From assembly GCA_052327205.1 (NCBI GenBank), contig JBMRGM010000035.1:138570001-138634000 (forward strand): DNA of 64,000 nucleotides. Direction: 5' to 3'. The position numbers and the translations under genes are program-made. The notes beneath the pieces are model-generated. The model did not search any database. It was not told where the DNA came from and saw only the letters and a program-made list of their open reading frames with translations. The stretch comes from Somniosus microcephalus. Its lineage: Eukaryota. Position 1 is the stretch's first letter; each line of letters starts with the position of its first letter. Shown here in pieces: positions 11,233-24,943 of this stretch.

Positions 11233-12590
11233 AAACGTTGCTTGCATTCTGGGTGAATCCTGTTTGTACCGAGGAATGAATGCGAAAATCAGCAGTAACA
11301 CTACGCATAGACCGATGCTCAAGAGGAGCAACCGCAACTTTCTTCATATTCTCCGATCAACCTCACTACTTGCATACACCCCATCACAAGGTCTTTGATT
11401 TAGTGGTTGGTGAGCAGGCTTGGTACGTGGCATTGTACTTTGATGTCAAGAACATCAAAGTGGCTGGCATGACCAAGCTGTCCCAGCCTTCCGCTACACT
11501 GAAGGCAATGTCCATTGTGTTGCCTACTAGAAAACATGGGATAATAGCAGCCGGGATACATTACCTGAAGACTGGGTACAAGCACGCTTGCTGCCTACCA
11601 CGATTAGGTTGCAGAGAGGCAAACCGATGCCGATAAAGCTCTACACCGCCAAATGATAGACCCACTCACCATTCAATGGTGCATGCCTATGCTGGGATCA
11701 GGAGGATGATGCTAATGCGCCCCAGGTTGTATGGTGAATTGCGCTGTGCGCACTACGGCGGCACTCGAACTCCTAGCATCTGCTGTCCATCTGGCAAGGG
11801 CTCAAACTCGGGCTTCATCGATTGTCTAGCTGCCCATTAGTGACTAATGTTCCCCAGGAGGAGTCTCTCAGCGTCAAGGTGGCTCTAAAGTAATACAATT
11901 AGTAGCGGAAGCTTGGAACCAAGTCAAATGTTTGTGTGCAGGCTTGGCAATTGGATACCTGAGCCAGATAGGTTCACAGCATTCCCGGGCACTTTTGATG
12001 ATCAAGCCCACTCACCTTCAGAAGTAAGCCCCAAAACCCTAAAACAAATGGTTCTATATAGCTGAAGCAGCTGTGGGAAGCTTGCCAGCGATCTCTGGTT
12101 TGCGGAGTAGTATTAGCTGGTCAAACTCGAGCACTACCTTTTTTTGGGGGGGGGGGGGGGGTGGGGCGGGGAAATGGGGGTCTCCTAATCCTTGGCTCTG
12201 ACAACATGCAACTATGTTCTTTAAACTATGGTAAGAGGAATGTGTCCCGTAGGGACGAGTGTGTGCACTCCATGCTAGGCATACAGATTAACCCAGGGTA
12301 TGGCTTCTCCCAAAGTAGAATTGCAGACTCAAACATGTTTCTGTGCGTGTTTAACAGGTAGCTGAGCACACACATTTTTAAAAAAGTCCACGGTTGTTCT
12401 CCTAGGGTTCCACTAGATCGCCATGTAAATGGCACAAAATTCAACTAAAAATTGATAAAATTCTTTCAGGATAAGTTTTAAATAGGCACTGATCTGAAGC
12501 CCTCTAATTCCTTGACAGAGTTGCTGATTAGTGACTTAGCCTAGTAGAACTGATTGCCCTTTCTCGTCAACAGTGAATCAGAAATCCTAC

Positions 12591-12692
12591 CTTGAGAGTC
12601 AACTCATTGCTGGGGAGAGTTACAGGAGCCATCTCACTGTCCTGTGGTGGGGTCTCAATGGTGGGGACTGGCAGTGGGGCAGCTAAAGGCAC
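12591..12692 (-). CDS. PRRC2A: PRRC2A exon
   Basis: VPLAAPLPVP...LPSNELTLK, leading into MESARKAWE; cag/gtagga. Confidence 0.87.
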
Positions 12693-15263
12693 CTGGGAAG
12701 GACAACATAAGAAAAATCAACACCCGACTCCTGATAAAAATAATGAGCTGACTAATATCCCATGCGGTCTGGCAGCCTACCTACACTCACTATCTAGGCT
12801 GACACACGAAGAATGGCCACTTAGGTGATTTAGCATACGATGCATTTGCAGCCCAGCAGGGATAAGCATCTTAAGCAGGGGAACAAAAAATAGGGAAAAT
12901 GACCAAGAGCAGTGCAACTAAAATAGGAAAAAGGTATTCACTCACTGCAGATAAAATGTTACATTTTCATCACTACGAAACATGACTTACACAGGTTTGT
13001 CTAATAGAATTATCTGTGATGCACATTAAAACTACTGTCATTAAATCCTTTACCTGCCTCTTCTCGCTTAACAGCAACACATTTTTCAACAAAGACTTTT
13101 TAAACACGTACAGAATCATTGTTATTTAGGGATGACGGATAGTTGCTTGGCCATGCAAAGCACATCTTTATAAAGCGCTTTCTCTTACACCGGCCTCGTT
13201 TTAATTCAGATTGCGGCACCCACATCCTTAAATCCGGCTCCCTGGTCCCTAGCAAATGGGTCCATGAAGATGTCACCAGGATAAAGGAGCTGGATTTAGC
13301 AGTGCAAGGGTCAAAAGCGGGAATAAACACTGGCCAATATAAAAAGTGTCTTTACATTGCGTTTAGCGAGGTGCTTTGGGGTTGCCGCCAGATGTTCAAG
13401 ACCCTCGGATTTGGGAGCCGGCGGCTCGGACACCCCACTAAACCCAACAGAAAAGTAGCCTTATTGTTGATAAAAATACACTGGTCAGATTAGCCCATTG
13501 TGCCCACTGGGCTGGCTTCACAATAGACTCCTGCCTAAGGGGGAGCGGGCTCGCTGTGTGCGCACACAACCAGAACAATTACTTGCAATTACCGCAGCCA
13601 CTGCAATTAACTAGGAATTCTGGAAGCCCGTCTGTCTAGACCCCTGCAGACCCAGTATTTACATCAGAAAGGGGTTGTACCCTGCAAGCGTTTAACCTGG
13701 CAGTAAATCCACTAGTTTTGACATCTTGAAAGCCACGCTTTGCTCATTTAATGATGCCAGATCAATTTGCCAACAGCTGGAAAGCAGGATCTAGAGGAGG
13801 AAGTTGCATAAAAGGGAAGTGGTAAAATCATGAGCAGATTAACCTGTTCTTCTGCAGAGATTATAGTTGCTTTTACAAAGGAATTTAATTTGTTTGGATT
13901 CCAGGAGATCGGCAAACGTGTGGCAGCTTCCCTTTCGTTTATATTAAAATCGGGCTCCCTGTTCCTGCCAGCAGAATTGTAAACTCCTTGTTTCGTGGGG
14001 ATATTAATCTGCCGCCAGGAAAAAAGGAGCCAGATTGAGCAGTGCAAAAAAAGGGGAGCCAGTTTATTGTCGTCAATCTCCCTGAATTTTAATTAAATGG
14101 CCCCATCGTGAAAGCACTTTGAGATAGTTGTTGTCCGTATTTCCTGAACTGAAAATCTCTCAAAAAAAAGGTGCAGCAATTTTGGTTCCATTCACTGCAC
14201 ACACTTCCGACTTAACTCAACCCCCCGTCTTCGAGACCAGGAACCTTGCAACTCCGTACCGTCCTTGCGCTCTCTTTCCTCCTATAATCTGCAGGCAGCT
14301 AAGACCCAAGCTTGGCAACACCCACATACCACTGCTGCATCGACCGCATCTTCGCTCCTGCTCCCGTCAACCGCGGTGGAGTCTTGCACCGTGAATGCTG
14401 GCTCTTCACCTACACTTTTGCAGTGGTCAGCAGTGGCACAATCACCTCCCCCTACCCCAAAACAAGTAGAACTCAAAAGCATACGCACACATTAAAAAAA
14501 AACACAGCTCCCTGCGATGGTCCAGTTAGTAAAAATAGCACATTCAGCAAGATCAGTAAGGTCTAAAGTTCTGGTTAGCAATGGGTGCAGCGATAGGGTT
14601 ATTGCAATTGGCCTCAGTATCAGCGTGTTTGGGATGGGGGGGGGGGGGGGGGGGGAGGAAATAAAAGCCAAGGTTCCTGCTCCAAAGTGCATGTTTGTGG
14701 GCGCTGAATCAGGGCAGGATTGGGCTCCACACTCCATAAAAGAATAGCCCATCATGACCCATTCTTCAAGGATGAATATTTGGCCGAGTACCAGAATGCA
14801 ATTGGTGGTTATGCAAACATATCACTGCAAGAGACAGCTTCTTCGGGGGAAAAAAATTACATTCCCAATGATTTTTAAGCCAGTTAAAAAGGCTACGGAC
14901 CAAGTGCTGGAAAATGGGATTAGAATAGAAAGGGTTTGATGGCCGGCGCGGACACGATGGGCCTCTTTCTGAGCTGTATAACTATTACCTAGGCTCAGGC
15001 CCCTACTGCTACCCCAGGTCAGAGTTCAAACATGGAACCTTCCAGGTCTGCATGGCTCAGGTCGACAATGGGTAGTGTCTCTCAGCAACTGTACTGTCAG
15101 GGGATTATAAGTCTATACAGAGCACGGTACTAGATTGAAATTTTAGGCATTTTTAAAGTGTGTATGTGTGTGCGTGTGTGTAACCAGCTTATGAAGTAGC
15201 ACTGTACCAGCAAGGAATTACAAAGGATGGGTAAGTGAGGTTTGCAGATCAGGCAATACGTAC

Positions 15264-15350
15264 ATCATTGTTGGCGGTATTCTGCAGGGTGCTGGGCGGT
15301 GAACTCGTGGATCTGGGCAAGGTACTCACAGCCAGACTGAAATCAGAATC
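15264..15350 (-). CDS. PRRC2A: PRRC2A exon
   Basis: DSDFSLAVSTLPRSTSSPPSTLQNTANND; cag/gtacgt; phase 0-0. Confidence 0.8.
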
Positions 15351-16904
15351 CTGAAAAGGAAGAGGGCACAGAAGCACAATTAATCATCTGATGCTTACTG
15401 AAATTCAAAAAAATGGTTCTTTTGGTAATTGTTCAAAATAACAACCATCTCTCCTTTATATCAGCTTAGCAAAAACTAGCACATTTTCCAAGCTACACAA
15501 AAACATTTGGGACTGTCTGCTATCTCACCAGTGATGGCAAGTTCTCTCTCCATCTGGAGGTTCACGGCTCTGGAATTGGAGACCACAGCTCTCCACAATC
15601 TGTAGCTTCTGTACAAGTGGATTGTATCTGCCTCTCAAGTTACATCTGTCTGTTCAAGCACATCACGTCGCCCACATTAGTTCCCTGCCAGCTGATCCAT
15701 CAAATCTTCCCCAGATGGTAATAATTTCAACTTTCCTTGTGACTCTGAATGTGCCAACAGCAAGTACTTTTTTTCTCACCATAATCAGCCTCAGCCCTTC
15801 TCAAAGTTGCTGTTTCGATCACTGTATTGTGTGCCAGCGTCAAGAGTTCCCAGATCAGGGCCAGCAGAGTTAGATGCAAATAAAGCTACCTCTGAAATGC
15901 TGTGGTCATTATGCATGGACATGCATGGCCAGTTAATCTGTTTTTGGTGCAATTGATTATCAAAATGTTGGCCAGAGTTAACAGGACTAATCCTTGCTCT
16001 TTGAATAGTGCCATGGGATCTTCAACAACTACAGGACCAGGCAGATGTCACATCTGGCAATACAGCACTGAATCAGGCCAGGTTTATGCACTTAAATCTT
16101 GGGTCTTGGACAGCTCTGACCAACAGGGCCAAATTGATGCACAAAATATGTTGGTGGGGCTAGCTGGAAAAAAAGGGGGCAACCTCACAGTATGGCATGA
16201 TCTCATTGAATGGCGGAGCAGGCTCGAAGGGCCGAATGGCCTACTCCTGCTCCTATCTTCTATGCATCTACTACCTGGCATAGATGCACCATCCTCATCT
16301 CTGAAGAACAGAAAGTTACCGTAGCCGTGTCTTTCAGCAAGTTTATTAAATCATCAGTCTAAACAAACCAAGGTGGGTAGATGAGTTCAGATACAATTCA
16401 GCCATGATCTAATTGAATGGCGAGACAGGTTCAAGGGACTGAATGGCCTGCTCCTGTTCCTATGATTGCATACTCCCCATTTCAAACTTGAGGATCCTTC
16501 AAAATCATTTTCATGTCCTTGTATGTACTTGCCCCACTCTTTCTTAGTGATGATCTCCACACATCACAGTGTGTGCATTCTGACACTATTATTCATTCCC
16601 CATTCTCTTGACTTCACAGTTATTAAGCCTCTTCCCTATGGAAGCCCTGTCCTGGATCTCTCCAAAGTTTCAAAAGACTCCTCAAAAACATTGTTCAACC
16701 CAGACATTTCCCCCCACTCTTCCTCCTTTTCCCTTCTGCTTGGATTTCTTTACTTTATCCCTAAAGCACTTTGAGAAGCATTATAGAAGCGATAGTTGTT
16801 GCGGTGGTTATACCTGCCAATGACCAAGTTGAACTAGGATCCAAGGTCAACAGGCTCTGAACTTGACAATTTAAAAATCAAGTCTCTCCAAGGTGGTGAC
16901 TCAC

Positions 16905-17132
16905 CTTTGCACTCACACCAAACTGGATAGGCGGTACAGCGACTTCAGTCTCCAGGAGCAAGTCTGGATCAGGCTTTGATTTCGGCCTGCTGCTTATAGA
17001 AAAGCCAACAGCCTTTGCACCCCCCTCGGAACTCTCTTTATGCTGTCCTTCTCTTGCCTTTTTATTTTTCAGTGAACGCTCATTTCCGATTGGTCCAGGT
17101 TTATGCTCTTTACTCAACTCACTGGCAGACTC
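16905..17132 (-). CDS. PRRC2A: PRRC2A exon
   Basis: ESASELSKEHKPGPIGNERSLKNKK...PPIQFGVSAK; cag/gtgagt. Confidence 0.92.
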
Positions 17133-19289
17133 CTGAAACTAGATGAAACACAGACTCTTAATAGATGGTTTATAAAAGACAAAGAATTAATCCATCCTAG
17201 CATTAGAACCAAGAACTTGTACAAAAATGTTACGCACTACAATGTACTCCTCTTAATTAAAAGTCAATTAATCCAAATTATTTAATAATTCTACATTTTT
17301 AAAGCACCAAATTCCTGCCGTGCACAGTTATTGATTTTGCTAAATTCAAACGGTTGAATATTCCAGTTTTTAAGTACAAAATGCTTCTAATTACCAGGAA
17401 CAGACTACCGGTGAATAAGTAACCGATTAGGCTAAAGCTCAGTTCGCAGGGCTGCGCCAATGTAGCTCTCTGCTAAGTCTGCAAGAGCAGGATGGCACGG
17501 CTGCCACCCTCCCTGGGGGAGACACACAGATGGCTTCTGGAGCCAAGTTTGTATAGAACTTAGTGTGCCAGCCTGTATCCTACCAGTCAGCAGCACCCTC
17601 CAAAGATCACTCCTTCAGAATCAAACCCAATGTTATTCAGGAGCGGAATTCTCTACACAAAGAACAGTGTACAGGAAAAATAAAAGACTGCTTAGGGGAT
17701 GTAAACAAGACCTCTCAATGCCCATGTGCTTTTCAGTGTCATCATGAACATCACAAGATTACCAACTTCCCCCCCCCCCTCCCCACTTAGAAACACTGCA
17801 TGCAGCTTAAACACTTATAAAAAGCAACAAGCTAATCCATACATATATTATCTAAAGATATATATAAAAATATGCGCCTTGGGAGTCCATTTATAGAACG
17901 GGATAGAATTCTGTGCGCTGGAGTGGACTATACATGTTGAACTTGTTGACTTCAGTGTGTGACAATCAGCCTCAGTGACACCTGGGCTGGCTAGGAAGAG
18001 AAATCACCCAGGGCTTCCACTGTGAAGTGGACCCTGCTGTAAAGAGAGTGGCACATGTACAGACACTGGATGAGGGAAAGGATCATGTTTTACCTCTGAT
18101 GTCACCCACCGTGAAATAGTCCTGCCCGCAATACACTCAGATCAAGAACGACTATTGTGCAAGATACCAGGGAAGCTCTGGTGGCCATGCAGAAGGGTCA
18201 AGAGCATGAATAAGCACCTTCAGGAGAGGAGGCGAGAATAGCGAAGGGAAAACAAATCCAAACACAGCAAGGCATCAGCTGGATTCCTCTCCCTTTCCAT
18301 TACCAGTATTAAGACATAGCCAATGAGAAAATGCATTCCCTAATCCTGGAAGTTCATTAGCTGAACCACTGTACACCACGACTCAACTGTATTTTGCTGC
18401 TGGACTGGTCATATGATTATGTACTTTGACAGATAGAGCCAGCTGTACTGTAGTTTAGCTTCTGGCCCGTGGTCAACTCAGTCCCTGATGTCGGTGGAGT
18501 TCAGTATATAAAATGCATCAAAGCAGGGCTCTGAGCAGCAGCAAAGCATCATCACTATGAGCCAGTGCTTACTCACAAAAAGCAGTATTTGAAATCTGTG
18601 TGTTAAATGTAGTTGGGAGAAACATGCTCAAGGCCATTAGGCTATCTATGGGTGGGCTTCAAGCAATCACTCTGCTCGAAATAATTGATCCACATTTGCT
18701 ACAGATATCGGAAACATAATTTCTACAACATGCTCCTTTTAATTTGCTCCTGTCTAGAGCCAAGCAAAATCCTTAAGTTAAAGGGAGATGGGAGGGTTTA
18801 AAGTCTGGACAGTGCTTCATTTGTCTCTTTCACCAACCCCCCCCCCCCCACCAAAATCCCCCACACAAATCTCAGCATTGAAGAACTTTGAATGGGCATA
18901 ACTCAAATTCACAGCCAAGGCAGAATTATTAGTCAGGACATAGTCTTTTGAATTGGCCACAATGTACACAGTAAACATGTAGTTAAATAAAAACCATAAT
19001 TAATGAAGGAATTTTTTTTGCAGGGCTACAAGGAAAGGGCAGGGGAGTGGGGCTAGTTGAAGTGCTCTTGCAGAGCCAGCACGGGCTCAATGGGTCAAAT
19101 GGCCTCCTTCTGTGCTATAACCATTCTATGATTCTAAAATTACTCCACTGTTCATCCTTGGGAGCCTGTTCTTCATTACAGTTGCTGTTACCCCTCACTA
19201 GCCACTTCCCCTTCCACCCATGAAAAGAAACACCCCCATGCCGCCCACTTGCACATATTATAAACACACATTCCTAAGTATATATAGAG

Positions 19290-22250
19290 TCAATAGGGGA
19301 GGAAAGAAAAACTGGAATTGTAAAACAAAAACGTAGAAAGTAAATTGGAAGGACAGAGGAATCAAGGAGGTTTGTCTGTACTAAATGGTATATACTTCAA
19401 TGCAAGGAGTATAGCGAACAAGGCAAATGAGCTGAGGGCACAGGTAGGTTCTTGGGATTATGATATAGCTTTTACAGAGACGTGGCTGAAAGAGGGGCAG
19501 GTATGGCAGCTCAACATTCCTGGTTACAGGATTTTCAGACGGGATAGAGGGGGAGGTAAAAAGGAAGGGGGGTTCGCGGTATTGATTAAAGAAACTATTA
19601 CAGCTGTGAGAAGGGATGATATGTTGGAGGGATCATCAAACGAGGCCACATGGGTTGAATTGAAAAACAAAAAAGGGGCGATCACACTGCTGGGAGTGTA
19701 CTAGACCCCCAAACAGTGAGAGGGAGATAGAAGAACAAATATATAGACACATTTCTGAGAAGTGCAAAAACTATAGGGCAGTAATAGTAGGTGATTTCAA
19801 CTACCCCAATATTAACTGGGATAAAATTAGTGTGAAGGGTATAGAGGGTGCGGAATTCCTAAAATGCATCCAGGAGAACCTTTTTAGCCAGTATGTAGCA
19901 AGCCCAACAAGGGAGGGGCAGTTTTGGATTTAGTTTAAGGGAACGAAGCTGGGCAGGTAGAAGGCGTATCAGTGGGGGAGCATTTTGGTGCTAGTGACCA
20001 TAATTCTGTTAGATTTAAAGTAGTTATGAAAAAGGACAAGGATAGACCAGGAATAAAAATTCTAAATTGGGGAAAAGCAAATTTTGCTAAGCTCAGGGGG
20101 GATTTAGCCATAGTGGACTGGAAACAGCTACTTGAAGGTAAATCAGTGTCAGAGCAGTGGGAGGCATTCAAGGAGATCCAGAGGGCTCAGGCCAAATATG
20201 TGCCCTTAAAGAAAAATGGTGGGACTAACAAATCTAGAGCCCCCTGGATGTCGAGACATATACAGGGTAGGATAAAGAAAAAAAGGGAGGCGTATGACAG
20301 ATACTGAGGGCTAAATACCCCAGAATCTTGAGGAGTACAGAAAGTGCAGGGGTGCAATTAAAAAGGATATTAGGAAAGCAAAGAGAGAGCATGAAAAATT
20401 CTTGGCAAGTAAAATCAAGGAAAACCCCAAAGATGTTTTATAAATATATTAAGAGTAAGAGGATAACTAAAGAAAGGGTAGGGTTAATTAGAGATCATGA
20501 GGGTAATTTGTGTGTGTGGAGGCGGGAGACGTCGGTAGGGTTCTTAATGAATACTTTGCGTCTGTTTTCACAAAAGAGAGGGGCGAAGCAGACATTGTTA
20601 TCAGGGGGGAGGAGTGTGAAATATTAGATGAAATAAACAGTGAGAGGGGAAGTATTAAGGGGTTTAGCAGCTTTAAAAGTGGATAAATCCCCAGGCCCGG
20701 ATGAAATGTATCCCAGGCGGTTAAGCGAAGCAAAAGAGGAAATAGCAGAGGCCCTGACCATCATTTTTCAATCCTCTCTGGCTTCAGGTGTGGTGCCGGA
20801 GGACTGCTAATGTGGTACCCTTGTTTAAAAAGGGAGAAAAGGATAGACCGAGTAATTACAGGCCAGTCAGCCTAACCTCGGTGGTGGGAAAACTATTGGA
20901 AAGAATTCCGAAGGACAGGATAAATCTTCATTTAGAAAGACATGGATTAATCAAGGATAGTCAGCACACATTTGTTACGGGAAGGTTGTGTCTGACAAAC
21001 TTGATTGAATTTTTTGAGGAAGTAACAAGGAGGGTAGATGAGGGTAGTGCGTTTGATGTAGTGTATATAGACTTTAGCAAGAATTTTGATAAGGTTCCAC
21101 ATGGCAGACTGGTCACGAAGTTAAAAGCCCATGGGATCCAGGGCAAAGTGTCAAGTTGGATTCAAAACTGGCTCGGAGACAGGAAGCAGAGGGTAATGGT
21201 TGATGGGTGTTTTTGTGACTGGAAGGCTGTTTCCAGTGGGGTTCCACAGGGCTCAGTACTAGGTCCCTTGCTTTTTGTGGTATATATCAACGATCTAGAC
21301 TTGAATATAGGGAGTATGGTTAAGAAGTTTGCAGATGATACTAAAACCGGCTGTGTGGTTAATACTGAAGGAAGCTGTAGACTGCAGGAAGATATCAATA
21401 AATTGATCAGGTGGGCAGAACAGTGGTAAATGGAATTCAATCCGGAGAAGTGTGTGGTAATACATTTGGGGAGGGCCAACAAGGAAAGGGAATACACATT
21501 AAATGGTAGGACACTAAGTAGTGTAGAGGAACAAAGGGACCTTGGAGTACATGTCCACAGATCCCTGAAGGTAGCAGGCCAGGCAGATAAGGTGGTTAAA
21601 GAAGGTATATGGAATGCTTGCCTTTATTAGCTGTGGCATAGAATACAAGAGCAGGGGGGTTATGCTTCAACTGTATAAAACACTAATTAGGCCTCAGCTA
21701 GAGTACTGCGTGCAGTTCTGGTCACCCCATTACAGGAACGATGTGATTGCACTAGAGAGGGTACAGAGGAGATTTACAAGGGTGTTGCCGGGAGTAGAAA
21801 ATCTTAGCTATGAGGAAAGACTGGATAGGCTGGGTCTGTTTTCCTTGGAACAGAGGAGGCTGAAGGGAGACCTTATTGAGGTGTATAAAATTATGAGGGG
21901 CATAGATAAAGTGGATAGAAAGGACCTATTTCCCTTAGCAGAGGGGTCAAAAACCAGGGGGCACAGATTTAAAGTAATTGGGGGAAGGTTTAGAGGGGAT
22001 TTGAGGGGAAATTTCTTCACCCAGAGGGCTGTAGGGGTCTGGAACTCACTGCCTGAAAGGGTGGTAGAGGCAGGAACCGTAACCACATTTAAAAAGTACT
22101 TGGATGTGCACTTGGGATGCTCTAACCTGCAGGGCTACGGACCAAGAGCTGGGAAGTGGGATTAGGCTGGATAGCTCTTTGTTGGCCGGCGCGGACACGA
22201 TGGGCCGAAATGGTCTCCTTCCGTGCTGTAACTTTCTATGATTCTATGAT
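19290..22250 (+). mobile_element. CR1-clade LINE, decayed ORF2 (APE endonuclease + reverse transcriptase)
   Basis: YFNARS..ETWL (APE), NYRPVSLTS, SGVPQGSVLGPLLF, KFADDTK, LEYCVQFWSP; several stops and frameshifts; ends in a (TTCTATGA)n tail. Confidence 0.95.
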
Positions 22251-22384
22251 CGATTCTCACACATCTAGAATCCTAGCTCCAGCTTCATATAAAACCAAAT
22301 GTGTTTGCTTTATTAACTGACCTGCCATTTATCATGGAGTAAAATGAGTTCATGCCGATACCAGTTTTAAGCTTATTTTTTCAC

Positions 22385-22775
22385 CCAATACAACTTGCAT
22401 TCATAGTAATTTGCATCCTTTAAATGTACAAAAATGCCCCATGCTGCTTCAGAGACAACATCCAAAAAAATGGACATCAAGCCAAATGAATAGTTATGGG
22501 AGGAGGTTGGGGGGGGGGGGGGGAGTGCAACCATAAACTTGGTCAAAGAGGTGGGTTTTAAGCAGGAGAGGGAGGCGGAGAAGAGGGTTTTAGGGAGGGA
22601 ATCCCAGAGCATGGGGCCTCGGCAGCTGAAGGCACGGCGGCCAATGCTGGGGTAAGAGATGGAGATGCCAGAGTCAGAAGAATGGAGAGTACTGGGAGGG
22701 TTGTAGGGCTTGAAGAAGTTACAAAGATAGGGAGAGACATGGCCATAAAGGGATTTAAATACAAGGACAAGGATT
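22385..22775 (-). mobile_element. L2 3' fragment
   Basis: ILVLVFKSLYG..GRRAFS..LWDSLP; tail shared with the 46146 copy. Confidence 0.75.
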
Positions 22776-23500
22776 GCTGGAGGACTGGCAGCTAATGTAG
22801 GTACCTCGTCCAATACATGGATATCACTTTTTGTGGCACGATGGCCAGAAATGATTACAAGAGAGTGATTTGAAAGTTTTTGCATAACTTCTGTAGACTA
22901 ATCGTCTACTGCTCTGGCTAGATGTCCAAGCACTATTAGTTTTAACTGCTTTGCCACGTCGTCTGAACATCAAAACCCAAGGTCCCATCACACACCACAT
23001 TAGAAATTCTTCACACCCTATGGTTAATGAGGTTTAACGCTCTAATGCCTTTCCCCAAACCTATGTGGAGGTGGTTTTTTTTTTTTACATTGCCCTGCAC
23101 CATGCAAAATGGAAGGCCCTGCGTTTGATTGCAGTTTGGGGTGGGGGCACAGAAATAATCGGCCAGATCTCTTGCTCCAAATCGCTCTCCACAGACCCTA
23201 AATGGAAAATAAGCGTGTGCTTCTGCAGAGACACAGAGACAGACGGCAAGAACGGTATCAAAATGGCTGTGATTCCCTCTCCTAAGCAAAAGCCTGCTGA
23301 AGCTCACTGTTTAGGGTCACACAAGAATGGCTACCGGGAATGGGGAATGAGGGAGGGGGGGGGGGGGGGGGGAAAAAGAGACAGAAGGAAGGACGGTCCC
23401 AAAAGTGACCGGTGACCAGTAGAATAAGCACCTTCAGGAGAGGTGCTGTGTGACAGACAAGGTGATTAATAAGGCCAAGTCATGAGAGCAAGTGCTATAC

Positions 23501-23737
23501 CTTATTTTCTTTCAGCGCTCCTGTCCTAGCAGGTCTCTGTCTCTGCTCTTTGGGTTCTGGGAGCTGGTTTTCTGCCGATCGCATCTCGATCACTTTTGTG
23601 CCGATCCGGTTAATAAGCCCAACACGCTCCCCGGTGTCTGTTTTCAGGCTGCCATCTGGAGAACTACGCTGCGAGGAACTGGTTGAAGAGACCTGACAGT
23701 CGCTGCTCAAATCCACCCCACTGTCAGTCTGGCTGGC
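23501..23737 (-). CDS. PRRC2A: PRRC2A exon
   Basis: ASQTDSGVDLSSDCQVSSTSSSQRSSPDGSLK; aag acceptor, gtatag donor. Confidence 0.9.
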
Positions 23738-24857
23738 CTTGAAACAAAGGGCAGAGAGATACACGCTGCAGTTTAATCAAAATACATAAACTACACTGTC
23801 CTTTTAAAGTGCACGGCACCAACTCATTACCTTTTTCTAGGCAACTGTACATCATGGCCAGTTCCTTTAGCCATCAGTCGTTGCACTCCCACTTGCAAAG
23901 CTAATTAACCCTTCAAGGAGTGGAGAAGCATTTCTAAAAGCAAATCAAGTCTACTATAACACTTTCCTCCCCTCCTGAAGACATTGGTATCATTCCGTGG
24001 AGGCCAGTTGCTCTCCAATAGCTCGCTTGAGTGACCATTCTCCAGGCATGAGCCTAGACAGTGAGTGCCAGCAGGCTGTTCAACCTTTGGAAAAAGAGGG
24101 GGGGGGGGGGGGGAAACCTCATCATTCTCCATCTGACATCTAAACACCTGCACTTTGCAGCAAGGGCCACTGAATAGCAACCAGAAGCAGGAACCCTGGC
24201 CGATTTCCTCCCTCCTCAGCCAGAGGCTCCAAGACCAAATGAAGCACCTTTACCGCCTTAATTCATCACTGATGTTCAGAAATGGGGTGGGGAAAAAACA
24301 AAACAGGGTGTTTAGGGGAGTGGGGGACCGAATGCGGTTCCTTCTGGTTTATAGGGCTGCATTTATGAGTTGTCGGGGGAAGCAATGAAACATTGTGAAG
24401 CACTTGCTTTGTATGTTTGCGACTCGAAGTGTTTGTGGGGGGGGGGGGGGGGGTGGGGGTGTCATGGGATCTTTAAAATCTACCTAAACAAGCAGATGGG
24501 AGATCGGTCTGCAACTGAGGGGGACAAATGCAGAGCCTGCTCCCAGGTACTGCCATATGCACCCATGTGCTACAGTGCTCCTCTGGTCATTTTCCTCGTC
24601 AGTGGAGCTTGAACCCAGGTCAATTCCTGCTCAGCACCTCCCACACGGTAAACGGCAAGCAGCTGCTTTGAAACAACATGAAGGGGATGGCCACCGCCAC
24701 ACAGTCTACCTTGCCTGTTTTAATCAGTCGGGTTGCAGAAAAATCAGATACATGCTTGCATCTGCAGATTACTCCAGAAATACAATCTCAAGTCAGAATA
24801 AGGAACTGCAGCAGGTTCGCTCCCGTGACCGCCAAGAGTTTGGGGAACGTTTCTTAC

Positions 24858-24943
24858 CTCAGCACTGGCTGCCTCTGCAAAGACATTCAGAGGTTTGATC
24901 CAAGTATCCAGACCCGAGGCTGCTGGAGGACTCAGGGAGCCAA
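24858..24943 (-). CDS. PRRC2A: PRRC2A exon
   Basis: ...LDTWIKPLNVFAEAASAE (human MEPWMEPLSPFEDVAGTE); cag/gtaaga. Confidence 0.85.

Noticed and set aside
17630-17755. Second ATGATGA...CTGA pair on the minus strand
   Set aside because: Terminal stem is misregistered and no rRNA/snRNA guide was recognised.
18476-18560. C/D snoRNA-like arrangement on the minus strand (GTGATGA ... CTGA)
   Set aside because: No canonical terminal stem, and only an 8-nt match (GATGTCGG) to recalled 28S rRNA, out of register with box D.
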